Source of the DNA: Prochlorococcus sp. AG-402-M23
GTDB taxonomy: Bacteria; Cyanobacteriota; Cyanobacteriia; PCC-6307; Cyanobiaceae
DNA: 64,000 bases
Direction: 5' to 3'
Assembly: GCA_003216575.1 (NCBI GenBank)
Contig: QCIR01000003.1
Location: forward strand, 7,623 to 71,622
This document shows, piece by piece, positions 30,842 to 41,038 of this stretch; the stretch's first letter is position 1, and every line of letters starts with the position of its first letter. Under the pieces are notes generated by a model. That model was not told the DNA's origin. It did no database searches and was given only the letters and a program-made list of their open reading frames with translations. The position numbers and the translations under genes were made by a program.

Positions 30842-31601
30842 TCGATTCAATCCATTTTTTTAGAGCATTTATGCAAAGTTCTCTTCCTGGCAACAAAGGT
30901 TTTGCAAAAGGGGGCTGTTCATGTGAAAGGCCAAGAATATCTGCTGTAACTCTTACCTGCCCATCGCAATCATTCCCTGCTCCAATTCCAATTACAGGAA
31001 TTCTTAATTGTTTTCTTATTCTGCCTGCAATTTCCTCTGGAATGTGTTCTACAACTATTGCAAAACATCCAGACTCTTGAAGCATTTTAGAATCTCTTAG
31101 GATTTTATTTTGACTATCGGGATCTTTGGCTTGAGATTTATATCCAAGTTGATGCACTGATTGTGGAGTTAAACCAAGATGCCCCATTACTGGGATTCCC
31201 ATTCTTATAAGTCTTTTGATTACTAATAAAGTTTCAGGCTCCGCTCCTTCAAGCTTCACTGCTGATGCACAGGAATTTTTTAATAGATTTCCAGCAGCTT
31301 CAACAGCCTTGTCTTCTCCGCATTGATAACTTAAAAAAGGTAGATCACAAACAACTAAGGGTTGTTTTGAAAGTGGATTGCAAAAACCTCTACAAACAGC
31401 CTGAGTGTGGTGGAGCATTTGATCAAGAGTCACAGGAAGAGTAGTTGCGTGACCTAAAACAACCATTCCAAGTGAATCTCCTACAAGGACAACATCAGCA
31501 CCTGAGGCTTCTACTATGGACGATGAGATGGCATCCCAAGCAGTTAATACAGTTATCTGTTTTCCCAACTTCTTAAAACGAACCAATTCTGTGGTTTGCA
31601 T
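30783..31601 (-). CDS. panB: Ketopantoate hydroxymethyltransferase
   Basis: [35 protein letters not shown]. Confidence 0.96.
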   Translation of the reverse strand: MQTTELVRFKKLGKQITVLTAWDAISSSIVEASGADVVLVGDSLGMVVLGHATTLPVTLDQMLHHTQAVCRGFCNPLSKQPLVVCDLPFLSYQCGEDKAVEAAGNLLKNSCASAVKLEGAEPETLLVIKRLIRMGIPVMGHLGLTPQSVHQLGYKSQAKDPDSQNKILRDSKMLQESGCFAIVVEHIPEEIAGRIRKQLRIPVIGIGAGNDCDGQVRVTADILGLSHEQPPFAKPLLPGRELCINALKKWIESTNPSQENPTIKTSELKSDY

Positions 31602-31628
31602 TTAATTCTTAATAACGTGGTTAGTTAT

Positions 31629-31637
31629 TGCTAGAAT
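31629..31637 (+). promoter_or_regulatory. Extended -10 promoter of ffs
   Basis: TG-c-TAGAAT ending 5 nt before the predicted RNA 5' end. Confidence 0.6.
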
Positions 31638-31642
31638 ATTAT

Positions 31643-31738
31643 TGACTCGGCCCCATGCGGCTGTGACGCCTAAACCTGGTCAGGACCGGAAGGTAGCAGC
31701 CATATTGGATGCTCAAAGCAGGCGTGGAATCCGGGTCA
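31643..31738 (+). ncRNA. ffs: Signal recognition particle RNA (4.5S)
   Basis: Domain IV signature GGTCAGGACCGGAAGGTAGCAGCC; terminal stem TGACTCGG/CCGGGTCA. Confidence 0.95.
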
Positions 31739-31767
31739 CCTAAATGCAACAACTGAGTCAATAAGTC

Positions 31768-32877
31768 TTAACGATTTTGTCTTAGACGTAAAAACTCTGG
31801 AATAGATGCCCCAGCTTCCCTAGGTTCAGATTGATCATAAAGAGTTTGGGGTGAAAGTCTTGCCCTATTTTTTTCATTTGAATAAATTTGATTACTGTCA
31901 AAACCAGTCGCAATAACCGTTACCCTAATCTCACCCTCAAGTTTTTCATCAACAACTGTACCAACAATAATATTTGCTTCTGGGTCTAATACATCAGATA
32001 TGACCTCAGAAGCTGATGTCATATCTTCAAGAGTCATATCTTTCCCTCCAGTTATATTTATTACACATCCTTTCGCTCCGTCGATGCGACCAGCTTCTAA
32101 AAGTGGGCTGTTGATTGCTGCTTGAGCAGCTTCAAGAGCTCTAGATCTACCTGAACCATAACCAATTCCTAAAAGGGCGGTACCAGCTTCAGTCATTACA
32201 GATCGAACATCAGCAAAATCTACATTCACTAAACCTGGACAAGTAATTATATCGCTAATGCCTTGAACTCCCTCCATTAAAACATCATCAGCACTTCTAA
32301 AAGCTTCTTGCAATGGTGCACCTGATATAACATCCTTTAGTCTGTCGTTTGGAATGACAATTAAAGTGTCAACATTTTCTGCAAGCCTTGCAATCCCTTC
32401 ATCTGCCTGCCTTAAACGACGTTTGCCTTCAAAACTAAATGGTTTTGTGACTATTCCTACTGTCAAAGCACCACTTTCTTTAGCGACCTGAGCAACAACT
32501 GGGGCGGCTCCAGTTCCAGTACCACCTCCCATTCCAGCAGCAATAAAAACCAAATCAACTCCTTCTAAGGCTTGTTGAAGGTCAGTTCTCGATTCCTCTG
32601 CTGCCTTTTGTCCAATGCTTGGATTACCCCCTGCACCAAGCCCTCTAGTTAAGCTTTGCCCTAGCTGAACTCTATGGGTTGCAGATGATTGAATCAGAGC
32701 CTGAGCGTCTGTATTGAGTACTCGATATGTAACGCCATCAAGATCGCTATAGATCATTCGGTTGACGGCATTACTTCCTCCACCCCCAACACCAATAACT
32801 TCAATACGCGCAGATTGACTGGGTAGGATCCCTTCATCCATGTTGAAACCAGATTTGTTTCCAATTCCCATCACCAT
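31768..32877 (-). CDS. ftsZ: Cell division protein FtsZ
   Basis: [30 protein letters not shown]-terminal IPEFLR. Confidence 0.98.
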   Translation of the reverse strand: MVMGIGNKSGFNMDEGILPSQSARIEVIGVGGGGSNAVNRMIYSDLDGVTYRVLNTDAQALIQSSATHRVQLGQSLTRGLGAGGNPSIGQKAAEESRTDLQQALEGVDLVFIAAGMGGGTGTGAAPVVAQVAKESGALTVGIVTKPFSFEGKRRLRQADEGIARLAENVDTLIVIPNDRLKDVISGAPLQEAFRSADDVLMEGVQGISDIITCPGLVNVDFADVRSVMTEAGTALLGIGYGSGRSRALEAAQAAINSPLLEAGRIDGAKGCVINITGGKDMTLEDMTSASEVISDVLDPEANIIVGTVVDEKLEGEIRVTVIATGFDSNQIYSNEKNRARLSPQTLYDQSEPREAGASIPEFLRLRQNR

Positions 32878-33034
32878 ATTCAGTGTTAGAACTCTTTTTG
32901 GGCATTATGAACATCATCTATGAATTCTGTTGGTTTATTGGTTCAAATTGATTAACAAATTAATTTCTTTATTTTGCTAAGAATTATGAGTAACTTCTTG
33001 AAAACTTATAAAAAATGCTGTCATAGCAATGCTT

Positions 33035-33865
33035 TTACCTCTCTCTTGGCAGCGTTTTTTCTATTTTCAATTCTGGTTTGCTTGGATCTTTAAGGTCTAC
33101 GACTTTTACTTTTGTGTTGATTAAAAGATTTGGTAATGATTTTTGAAGCTGATTAATCTTGTTAAATTGCTCTATTAATCGATCAGTATCTGAGCCTAAA
33201 AGTATTGAATCGAAGTACTCGGTTTTGATGCTGATCTCTTGATTAGAATTTATTTTGATTTTTTGGAGAGGACTGTGAAGGATAAAGCTATTTTTTATTA
33301 TTAAAATGATGTCATTTTTTTTATTAGAATTCCAATTTTCTATAGTTAATTTAACACTATTTTGTTTTGAGTTATTAACATATTGAAGTGGGATCCAAGC
33401 TCCCTCAATATCAATCATCCCTTTCTCAATATTATTTGAAAAGATTCGCTTCGCAAAAGCAACTGGTTCTCTTTCTATAATATTTAATTCAATTTCAGGA
33501 GGGAAAAACTTACGGGTTACATAAATGTTTTTTATAGGAAGTTTTTTTATTAAATAAGATTCAATTTCTTTTGGATTTAATTCCAACAAATTTCTAGGAT
33601 AAAAAATACTAGTATTTTTTTTAATATCATTTTTTGTTAATCCAGAAAGACCTGTTATTTTTATTTGATCAAAACTTATTGGTCTCCAGGCTTGGTTTGA
33701 AAATATGAAAATAAGAAAAATTGAAGTAGTTGAAAAAAAAAGAAATTGCCATAATTCAATTAAAAATTTTTTGTTTTGAAAAATGTTTATTACTTTTTTT
33801 CTAGATAGTAGGTTTCTTTTGTTTGATTTTCTGTTTTTTCTCTTGTTTGATTTCAAAGGTCGCAT
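33035..33865 (-). CDS. ftsQ: Cell division protein FtsQ/DivIB
   Basis: Basic N-tail, single TM, POTRA-like region ending IEREPVA, C-terminal VDLKDP; directly upstream of ftsZ. Confidence 0.8.
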   Translation of the reverse strand: MRPLKSNKRKNRKSNKRNLLSRKKVINIFQNKKFLIELWQFLFFSTTSIFLIFIFSNQAWRPISFDQIKITGLSGLTKNDIKKNTSIFYPRNLLELNPKEIESYLIKKLPIKNIYVTRKFFPPEIELNIIEREPVAFAKRIFSNNIEKGMIDIEGAWIPLQYVNNSKQNSVKLTIENWNSNKKNDIILIIKNSFILHSPLQKIKINSNQEISIKTEYFDSILLGSDTDRLIEQFNKINQLQKSLPNLLINTKVKVVDLKDPSKPELKIEKTLPRER

Positions 33866-34263
33866 CTTGCTCTAGACATTAGTTGCTCCATCCACTGACG
33901 AGCACGTTCCGCATCTGAAAAAGGTACATCAATTTCAGTACCTGAACCTACAAGTCTTAATCGACAGCGCCCTTGAGATTCTTTAGTTAAGGGCGCTTCT
34001 CCTGAACTAAGTGCCATTAACTCAACCATTTCTAATTTTTTTACTTCAAAAGTTGCTTCCTCCTTGAAAGCACCTGCTTCGAAGCTGCTCCAGCATAAAA
34101 AGCCATCTTTTAATCGAGCTGCTCCTGTTCCATCAAGTTTGGCTAGTTCTGAACCTTTAGCCCAAATGAGATATAGGTTCTGACGCCTTCTTTCTAGCCA
34201 ACCTAGGGAAGTTATAAGAATAAAAGCCATCAACAATGGCAGCCAAAGGAGACCGTGAATCAT
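33853..34263 (-). CDS. Conserved cyanobacterial membrane-anchored hypothetical protein
   Basis: HGLLWLPLL N-terminal TM helix; lies between ddl and ftsQ. Confidence 0.8.
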   Translation of the reverse strand: MIHGLLWLPLLMAFILITSLGWLERRRQNLYLIWAKGSELAKLDGTGAARLKDGFLCWSSFEAGAFKEEATFEVKKLEMVELMALSSGEAPLTKESQGRCRLRLVGSGTEIDVPFSDAERARQWMEQLMSRARCDL

Positions 34264-34299
34264 TGTTTGAGAAAGATACCTTTGAATTCCATGTTCAAT

Positions 34300-35358
34300 T
34301 TATTCCTTAGCTATTTCTATGAGACTAGCAACAAGTTTTTCTAGTTTTAATCCTGAAGCTTCCCACAGCATTGGATACATGCTTGTTTTTGTAAAGCCAG
34401 GAAGAGTATTCACTTCATTTATATAAATCTGTTGAGTATCTTCTTGAAAAAAGAAATCTACCCTTGCCAAACCATAAGCATTAATAGATTTGCATGCACT
34501 AATAGCTAGCTTTTGTATCTTATTGGAAATATCACTTCCCAACTCCGCTGGGATAATTGAGCTGCTTAAATTTTGATTATATTTTGACTCATAGGTGTAC
34601 CAATCAGTTTGAAATTTAACCTCACCAACAACTGATGATCTCATGATTGATTTTCCTAATACTCCGCATTCAAGCTCTCTCCCCTCTATATTTTTTTCGA
34701 TAATAATTCTTTCATCATAGATTGATGCAAATTTGATGCCATTAATAAGTTCTTCTTTTGAATAGGCTTTGGTTATACCAATAGAAGATCCTAAGTTGGC
34801 TGGCTTTACAAAACATGGATAGTTTATTACTTTAATTATTTTTCTAAAGAATGATTGCATAAATAATTTATCTAATAAATCTTCTTTGTTTAAATAAATG
34901 TATGGAACTTGAGGAAGATTGTATGATTTTAAAATAGATTTCATTGCTATTTTATCCATTGCTAAAGATGAACCTAGAAGTCCTGATCCAACAAAAGGCT
35001 TTCCTGATAATTTAAATAATCCTTGAATAACTCCATCTTCTCCATTAGGGCCATGTAAGGCAGGGAACCATACATCAATCGTTTCGATTGCTTTTGGTAA
35101 ATTTGATAGATTATTTATCGAATTTGTATTATTTTCTATCATTGAAGTTGTTTTGTTATCTTCAAATAAAATTGATTTGGAGTATTCAGAATCTTCCCAA
35201 AAACCATACTTGTTTATATAAATTGGAATTACAACAAAGCTTTTATTATCTGAATGTGATAAGGCATTATAAATAGTTTTTGCAGATTGAATAGAAACCT
35301 CATGTTCATTTGAATTCCCACCAAATACTAGTCCTATATTGAGTTTATTATTTGACAT
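34300..35358 (-). CDS. ddl: D-alanine--D-alanine ligase
   Basis: GGNSNEHEVS, LHGPNGEDG, KPANLGSSIG, RVDFF, NEVNTLPGFT. Confidence 0.97.
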   Translation of the reverse strand: MSNNKLNIGLVFGGNSNEHEVSIQSAKTIYNALSHSDNKSFVVIPIYINKYGFWEDSEYSKSILFEDNKTTSMIENNTNSINNLSNLPKAIETIDVWFPALHGPNGEDGVIQGLFKLSGKPFVGSGLLGSSLAMDKIAMKSILKSYNLPQVPYIYLNKEDLLDKLFMQSFFRKIIKVINYPCFVKPANLGSSIGITKAYSKEELINGIKFASIYDERIIIEKNIEGRELECGVLGKSIMRSSVVGEVKFQTDWYTYESKYNQNLSSSIIPAELGSDISNKIQKLAISACKSINAYGLARVDFFFQEDTQQIYINEVNTLPGFTKTSMYPMLWEASGLKLEKLVASLIEIAKE

Positions 35359-35378
35359 ATCGGTTTAATCCTCAATAT

Positions 35379-36770
35379 TTATAGCAAACTTCCAGTTAAT
35401 GAAAATGGACGTATTTCATTGATTTTTACATTAACTATTTCACCAGTTTTATATGATTTACCATTACTTGATGATCTTGGAAAGAATGTTAAACGGTTTG
35501 TCCTAGTTCTTCCCATGAATTGAGAATTGTTTTTAGAGTTTATACTTTCTATAAGTATCTCCTGTTTTGAATCTTTATACCTAATATTCCGTGCTTTTGC
35601 AGTTTTCTCAACTAATCTATTTATTTCCCTAAGTCTATCTACCTTTATGTTCTCTGACAGTTGATTAGGCCATGAAGCGGCCGGTGTATTAGGTCTTGGC
35701 GAGTATGCTGCGGTGTTAACAAGATCAAATTTAATATCCTCTATAAGTGATAAAGTTTCTTCGAATTCATCATTTGTTTCTCCAGGAAAGGCTACAATTG
35801 CATCAGCTGTGATAGATGATTCAGGCATTAATTCCTTTATATAATTTATAATCTCTTTGTAAGTTTCAATAGTATATCCTCTAGCCATTCTTTTTAGTAT
35901 TTTATTACTTCCACTTTGAAATGGAATATGAAAATGTTCGCAAACCTTAGGAAGATTTGAGCAAACATCTATTAATTCTTTAGTAAAATACCTAGGATGA
36001 CTTGTTGCGAATCTAATGCGCTCAATCCCTTTAACATCATGAATATATTCTAATAAGTATGAAAGTGTTGTTTGACCTGAATAATTATATTCACCGACAT
36101 TAAAGTCTCTGCCGTAAGCATCTATATTTTGTCCTAAAAGCGTTATTTCTTTATATCCAATACTTGCTAGTTGTTCTATTTCATTTTTGATTGCTTTAGG
36201 TGTCCTTGATTGTTCTTTACCCCTAACAGAGGGGACAACGCAGTAAGTACATCGTTCATTGCATCCATAAATAATGTTGACCCAACCGCATATAGCGCTT
36301 TCTCTTCTTGCTGTCGCTATGTCTTCGTATATGTGCTGTTCGTCAGTGGCCAATACTTGATGTCCATTATCGACTTGATTGAGTAGAGTCTCTAGTCTAT
36401 TCGCATGCTGAGGCCCCATTACCAGATCTATTTCCGGAACTCTTCTTAAGAGGCTTTCACCTTCTTGTTGAGCTAAACAGCCTGCAATGATGATTTTTAA
36501 ATTAGGATCTAATTTCTTTCTTTTAGCTTGCCTTCCTAAATAGCTGTAAACTTTTTGCTCAGCATTGTCACGAATTGTACAAGTGTTATAGAGAATTAAA
36601 TCTGCGGTAAGTTCCTCTTTCGCAAGCTCATAACCCATTTTTTGCAATATACCCGACATTCTTTCTGAATCAGCTTTATTCATTTGACATCCAAAAGTAG
36701 TAATCCAATAACTTCCTCTGTTTGTTCTAATAGAAGAGCTCTGTTTGATAGGGGCTATGGATGCTGTCAT
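35379..36770 (-). CDS. miaB: tRNA-2-methylthio-N6-isopentenyladenosine synthase
   Basis: [36 protein letters not shown] domain. ATG at 36770; the track's longer ORF runs into tRNA-His. Confidence 0.95.
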   Translation of the reverse strand: MTASIAPIKQSSSIRTNRGSYWITTFGCQMNKADSERMSGILQKMGYELAKEELTADLILYNTCTIRDNAEQKVYSYLGRQAKRKKLDPNLKIIIAGCLAQQEGESLLRRVPEIDLVMGPQHANRLETLLNQVDNGHQVLATDEQHIYEDIATARRESAICGWVNIIYGCNERCTYCVVPSVRGKEQSRTPKAIKNEIEQLASIGYKEITLLGQNIDAYGRDFNVGEYNYSGQTTLSYLLEYIHDVKGIERIRFATSHPRYFTKELIDVCSNLPKVCEHFHIPFQSGSNKILKRMARGYTIETYKEIINYIKELMPESSITADAIVAFPGETNDEFEETLSLIEDIKFDLVNTAAYSPRPNTPAASWPNQLSENIKVDRLREINRLVEKTAKARNIRYKDSKQEILIESINSKNNSQFMGRTRTNRLTFFPRSSSNGKSYKTGEIVNVKINEIRPFSLTGSLL

Positions 36771-36833
36771 CGCAGATTTATTTTTTCTTTGCGGAAAAAG
36801 ATTTTTGAGATTGATTCCTGAAAAATGTTCAAG

Positions 36834-36907
36834 GGCGAGCGAGGGGATTCGAACCCCCGAATAGCGGCGCCACAAGCCGCTGCCTTAACCACTTGGCGAC
36901 GCCCGCC
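36834..36907 (-). tRNA. tRNA-His (GTG)
   Basis: Minus strand reads G-GCGGGCG...GCGGC-TT GTG GC-GCCGC...GGTTCGAATCC...CGCTCGC-C, with encoded G-1 and C73. Confidence 0.96.
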
Positions 36908-37109
36908 TTGTGTGTTTAATCTACCAATGATTTTTCATTTTGAAATTCCAAAATGATTTTGGTAAAAAAGTGATTGATATTATTGTAGAGAGTATGGGTT
37001 GAAATTATCACTTTTTATATCTTGATCACAACGCAATTGATAGGTATTGAAGTTACTGTGGAATAAGTACCCGAATTTATAAAAGCTCGGGAGTGAAATC
37101 TATTCAAAA

Positions 37110-38426
37110 GTGAATTTCGCAAAAAATGTTGAATTGATTGCAAGTCCTCCAAAGTCTGGGCGCATAGATGTTCTTGTCCCAAGATGTTTGATTGGTAATG
37201 GACTTGATGTATTAGGAACCTCAATTGATAAAGAAGGATTGTCCTCTATTCAAGTTGAATGGAGGGATGGAACGATTACCTCAATTAAGGGTCTAAAAGA
37301 AACATCTAACGTTCCTGAGGAAATCCTTCTGCCAAGATTTGCAGAACCTCATGCACATTTAGATAAAGCATTCTCATGGTCACGTTCAGCTAACTTGAAG
37401 GGTACTTACCAAGAAGCCTTGGCAGCAAATCTAAGTGAATATGAATTGAGGTCCGAAGATGAATTATTTTTCAGCGTTGAAAATTCTCTTAATCTAGCGC
37501 TTGTTAATGGGATCAGGGCAATTAGATCCCATATTGATAGTTTTGGGAAAACGGCAACAAGAGATTGGGATCTGTTGGAGGATGTTAGAAAAAAATGGCA
37601 AGAGAAAATTTTCTTACAGTATGTAGCTTTAGTTCCACTGGACTTTTGGCAAACTTATGAAGGTGAGCTTTTAGCTCAAAGAGTTGCTTCCAATGGAGAT
37701 CTTTTAGGTGGGGTAATAGCTCCTCCTTTTAATAAGAGGAAGACTTTTAAGTCTTTATTACATCTAGTGCAACTCGCAAATAGACTTAATTGTAGTATTG
37801 ATCTACATATTGATGAGTCTCAGTCTTGCTCGGCTGGAGGATTGAAATTACTTTTAGAAGTATTAGGTCAAGTTAGAAATGAGATCTCAATAACTTGTAG
37901 TCATTTAAGCAGCATGGGATTGCTAAGAGAAAAGGCGATTTCACATTTGGCAAAAAAAATGGCTATAAATAAATTAAAAGTTGTTGCTTTACCACTAACT
38001 AATTCTTGGCTTCTTGGAAGAAAAGATCGGTCCACTTTAATTAAAAGACCACTGGCTCCAATATTTCAACTTCAAAAGGCTGGAGTTGTTGTATCTGTTG
38101 GAGGAGACAATGTAAATGATTCATGGTTCCCTTTATCTAATTTTGATCCAATAAACTTAATGGCTTTTTCCATGCCAATTGCTCATTTATCTCCCTGGGA
38201 CAGATTGGGCCTTTCTCCGTTCACCTCATCTGCAGCACATATTCTAAGTCTTCAATGGGATGGGCTTTTTCAAAAAGGAAGTCCTGCCGATTTCATTTTG
38301 TTAGATTCAAATAGTTGGGTAAAAGCTTTGTCTGACAGACCTAAACGAAAAGTAGTAGTTAATGGTGAATTCTTGAATGAATTGCCTAAAACAACTTATC
38401 AACATTCACAAATGATGAACTTATGA
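37110..38426 (+). CDS. Cytosine-deaminase-like amidohydrolase
   Basis: EPHAHLDKA (HxH), RSHID, LHIDE, CSH and GGDN metal/catalytic motifs. Confidence 0.85.
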   Translation: MNFAKNVELIASPPKSGRIDVLVPRCLIGNGLDVLGTSIDKEGLSSIQVEWRDGTITSIKGLKETSNVPEEILLPRFAEPHAHLDKAFSWSRSANLKGTYQEALAANLSEYELRSEDELFFSVENSLNLALVNGIRAIRSHIDSFGKTATRDWDLLEDVRKKWQEKIFLQYVALVPLDFWQTYEGELLAQRVASNGDLLGGVIAPPFNKRKTFKSLLHLVQLANRLNCSIDLHIDESQSCSAGGLKLLLEVLGQVRNEISITCSHLSSMGLLREKAISHLAKKMAINKLKVVALPLTNSWLLGRKDRSTLIKRPLAPIFQLQKAGVVVSVGGDNVNDSWFPLSNFDPINLMAFSMPIAHLSPWDRLGLSPFTSSAAHILSLQWDGLFQKGSPADFILLDSNSWVKALSDRPKRKVVVNGEFLNELPKTTYQHSQMMNL

Positions 38427-39775
38427 TTAATAAAGAGAAAATAGATCTGCTTTTAAGTGAACTAAAATCAATTTCTGATATAGAGATCTATCAAAAAACT
38501 AGTGATTTAAAAAGGTTCTCTAAGGATTTCTTTGATTATTCGCCAATATTGATTAATGAATTAAAAGATTGTGTGGCTGATATAGTCGTTCGACCACTTT
38601 CGGTAGATGCTATTGTTGTTGTCGCTCAAATTTGTAATAAGTATTCAACTCCTTTGACATTAAGAGGCTCTGGAACAGGGAACTATGGTCAGTGTGTGCC
38701 TCTTAACGGTGGAGTTGTTATGGTTATGTCGGGTCTTAAAAAAATTAGAGATTTCGATTCAAAATCAGGTGAAATTACAGTTGAATCTGGTTGTTTGCTT
38801 AGAGATATTAATGATGAGTTGATTAAATATGGTCGTCAGTTGCGGTTGCTTCCAAGTACATGGAGAAGTGCCTCGATTGGTGGCTTTATTGCTGGTGGTT
38901 CAGGTGGAATAGGATCCGTTCGTTGGGGATTCCTGAGAGATCCGGGGCATTTGCAATCCTTAGAAATAATAACGACTGAGGCTTCACCAAGAAAACTTGA
39001 ATTGAACGCAAATAATTCAGAGGCTTTGAATCATGCTTATGGAACTAACGGCATTATTACTGCGTTGAAATTAGCAACTGCTCCATATGTTAAATGGCAA
39101 CAAATAGTTGTCGACTGTTGTGATTGGAACCTAGCTGTTGACTTATTAAGCAAATTTAATTGTGCTGCACTGGATCTTTATTTGGGAACCTTACTAGAAG
39201 AAGAGATTGTTAATTGTCTTCCACATTGGTCTGGTAAGCCCTCAGGTAAACATAGGATTTTACTGTTGGTCTCTCCTGATGGTGTTAGTACAATTGAGCG
39301 TCTTGCAAAATCAGCTGGTGCTGACTTTTATGATTTAGGAGCGGAAAATTTGAGAGCAGGCACGGGTTTTCGAGAGCTTTCTTGGAACCATACAACTTTA
39401 CATATGCGTGGAATTGATCCTAATTGGACATATTTGCAAATGCTTCTTCCATCGCCTGAATATGAAATGATGAGAAAATTGAAATCTGAGTGGGGATCGA
39501 ATCTTTTATGGCATTTGGAATGTGTTCGTCAAAATGGAATTCAAAGATTAGCCTCACTCCCTCTTGTTCAATGGCAAGGTGAAGAAGCTATGAATAAATT
39601 AATCAGTCAATGCAAAGAGCTTGGTGCAGTGATTTTTAATCCGCATACAATCACTGTTGAAGATGGAGGCTTAGGTGTAATTGATTCTGATCAAGTGGCA
39701 GCGAAGAGTAACTTTGATCCAAAAGGGATTCTCAATCCAGGCAAACTTAAGGGGTGGAATCTAAAGATCAATTGA
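38423..39775 (+). CDS. FAD-binding oxidoreductase (GlcD/VAO-like)
   Basis: RGSGTGNYGQ, SIGGFIAGGSGG, GTNGIIT, FDPKGILNPGK; 4-nt overlap with the deaminase. Confidence 0.88.
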   Translation: MINKEKIDLLLSELKSISDIEIYQKTSDLKRFSKDFFDYSPILINELKDCVADIVVRPLSVDAIVVVAQICNKYSTPLTLRGSGTGNYGQCVPLNGGVVMVMSGLKKIRDFDSKSGEITVESGCLLRDINDELIKYGRQLRLLPSTWRSASIGGFIAGGSGGIGSVRWGFLRDPGHLQSLEIITTEASPRKLELNANNSEALNHAYGTNGIITALKLATAPYVKWQQIVVDCCDWNLAVDLLSKFNCAALDLYLGTLLEEEIVNCLPHWSGKPSGKHRILLLVSPDGVSTIERLAKSAGADFYDLGAENLRAGTGFRELSWNHTTLHMRGIDPNWTYLQMLLPSPEYEMMRKLKSEWGSNLLWHLECVRQNGIQRLASLPLVQWQGEEAMNKLISQCKELGAVIFNPHTITVEDGGLGVIDSDQVAAKSNFDPKGILNPGKLKGWNLKIN

Positions 39776-39790
39776 TTGAATGGTCTATTC

Positions 39791-41038
39791 TTAAATAACA
39801 TAACTTGTCAATATTTTCCTTTGAAAAAGGTCACCTATTAAATATAGAGATCCTGAAATGATAGGTGGTGGAGATGGCCATCTATTTTGTTTTTTAAGTG
39901 CTGATAAAATTTCTTCTACACTAAGCGCTTCTTTGATTTGCTCTTTATATTCAGGGCAAAAACTTAAAATTTGATCTTTAGACCAGCTTTGTTGACCTGG
40001 GACGGGAACTATCCAAGCTAAATCTTTTTCTCTAATTAGCTTATGCAAAATACCTATCATATCTTTTCTTTTTTGAATCCCTAGTATCCATATGATTCCA
40101 CTTCCTTGATCAGTCCATGCGTTTCTTTCAATTGATAATTGCTTAGCAGCATGAGGATTATGTGCTCCATCAACAATTATGGGCATCCCTTCCCATTTTA
40201 ATGCTTGAAGTCTTCCAGGCCATTGAGCAAGAGACAAGCCTTCTCGAATTTGTCCTTTAGAAATATTCCATCCAATATTTTTTAATGATTCGATAACCCC
40301 TTTCGCTACAGCTGCATTTTCCTGTTGTATTCCTCCTGGTAGGCCCAGTTCCCAGTCTGATGGAAGTGGATCTACCCAATGAATGACTGCTTGTTCTCTC
40401 ATGGCAGCCTCCTCGATAACTCTTTTTACAATATTGTGTTGAGCAGCTGAAATGATAGTACTCTTTGGAGTTATTACGGCTGCTTTCTCGATAGCTACTT
40501 TTTCTAGACTATCGCCTAAGTATTCACAATGATCTAGCCCAATAGCGCCAAATGCAATAATAGGTCTATATTTATGCGCGGTTGTCGCATCAAGTCTACC
40601 TCCAAGCCCCACTTCAAGGATAAGAAGTTCAACTTCCTTCAAAGTAAAATATTTAAGTGCTATTGCAATAACAAATTCAAAAGGAGTCAAGCTATGTTTT
40701 TTTGCAATTGGAGCAAGAGTCAGACTTAATGATTGAAACTCTTCTTTTGATATTTGAGTCTTATTGATACATATTCTCTCGACCCAATCAACTAAATGGG
40801 GAGAGGTGGTAACTCCAGTTTTGATATTTACTAAGCTAAGAATACTATTAATAAAAGCGGCAATAGAACCTTTCCCGTTCGTGCCAGCTATGTGAATAGC
40901 AGGTGTTTCTTTACAGGGGTCCCCCATGGCATTAATAGCCAATGACATACGATCTATGCCCAAATGCATCTCCTTATACTCTGTGCGCTTACTTTCAAAA
41001 ATGAAATTCGATTGTGTTATGAAAGTTTCATCAGACAT
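39791..41038 (-). CDS. folC: Folylpolyglutamate synthase/dihydrofolate synthase
   Basis: HIAGTNGKGS, TSPHL, EVGLGGRLDAT, WPGR, DGAHN, SGSLY. Confidence 0.95.
   Translation of the reverse strand: MSDETFITQSNFIFESKRTEYKEMHLGIDRMSLAINAMGDPCKETPAIHIAGTNGKGSIAAFINSILSLVNIKTGVTTSPHLVDWVERICINKTQISKEEFQSLSLTLAPIAKKHSLTPFEFVIAIALKYFTLKEVELLILEVGLGGRLDATTAHKYRPIIAFGAIGLDHCEYLGDSLEKVAIEKAAVITPKSTIISAAQHNIVKRVIEEAAMREQAVIHWVDPLPSDWELGLPGGIQQENAAVAKGVIESLKNIGWNISKGQIREGLSLAQWPGRLQALKWEGMPIIVDGAHNPHAAKQLSIERNAWTDQGSGIIWILGIQKRKDMIGILHKLIREKDLAWIVPVPGQQSWSKDQILSFCPEYKEQIKEALSVEEILSALKKQNRWPSPPPIISGSLYLIGDLFQRKILTSYVI

Noticed and set aside
36771-36875. N-terminal extension of miaB in the ORF track
   Set aside because: It reads through tRNA-His; the ATG at 36770 gives a normal MiaB.
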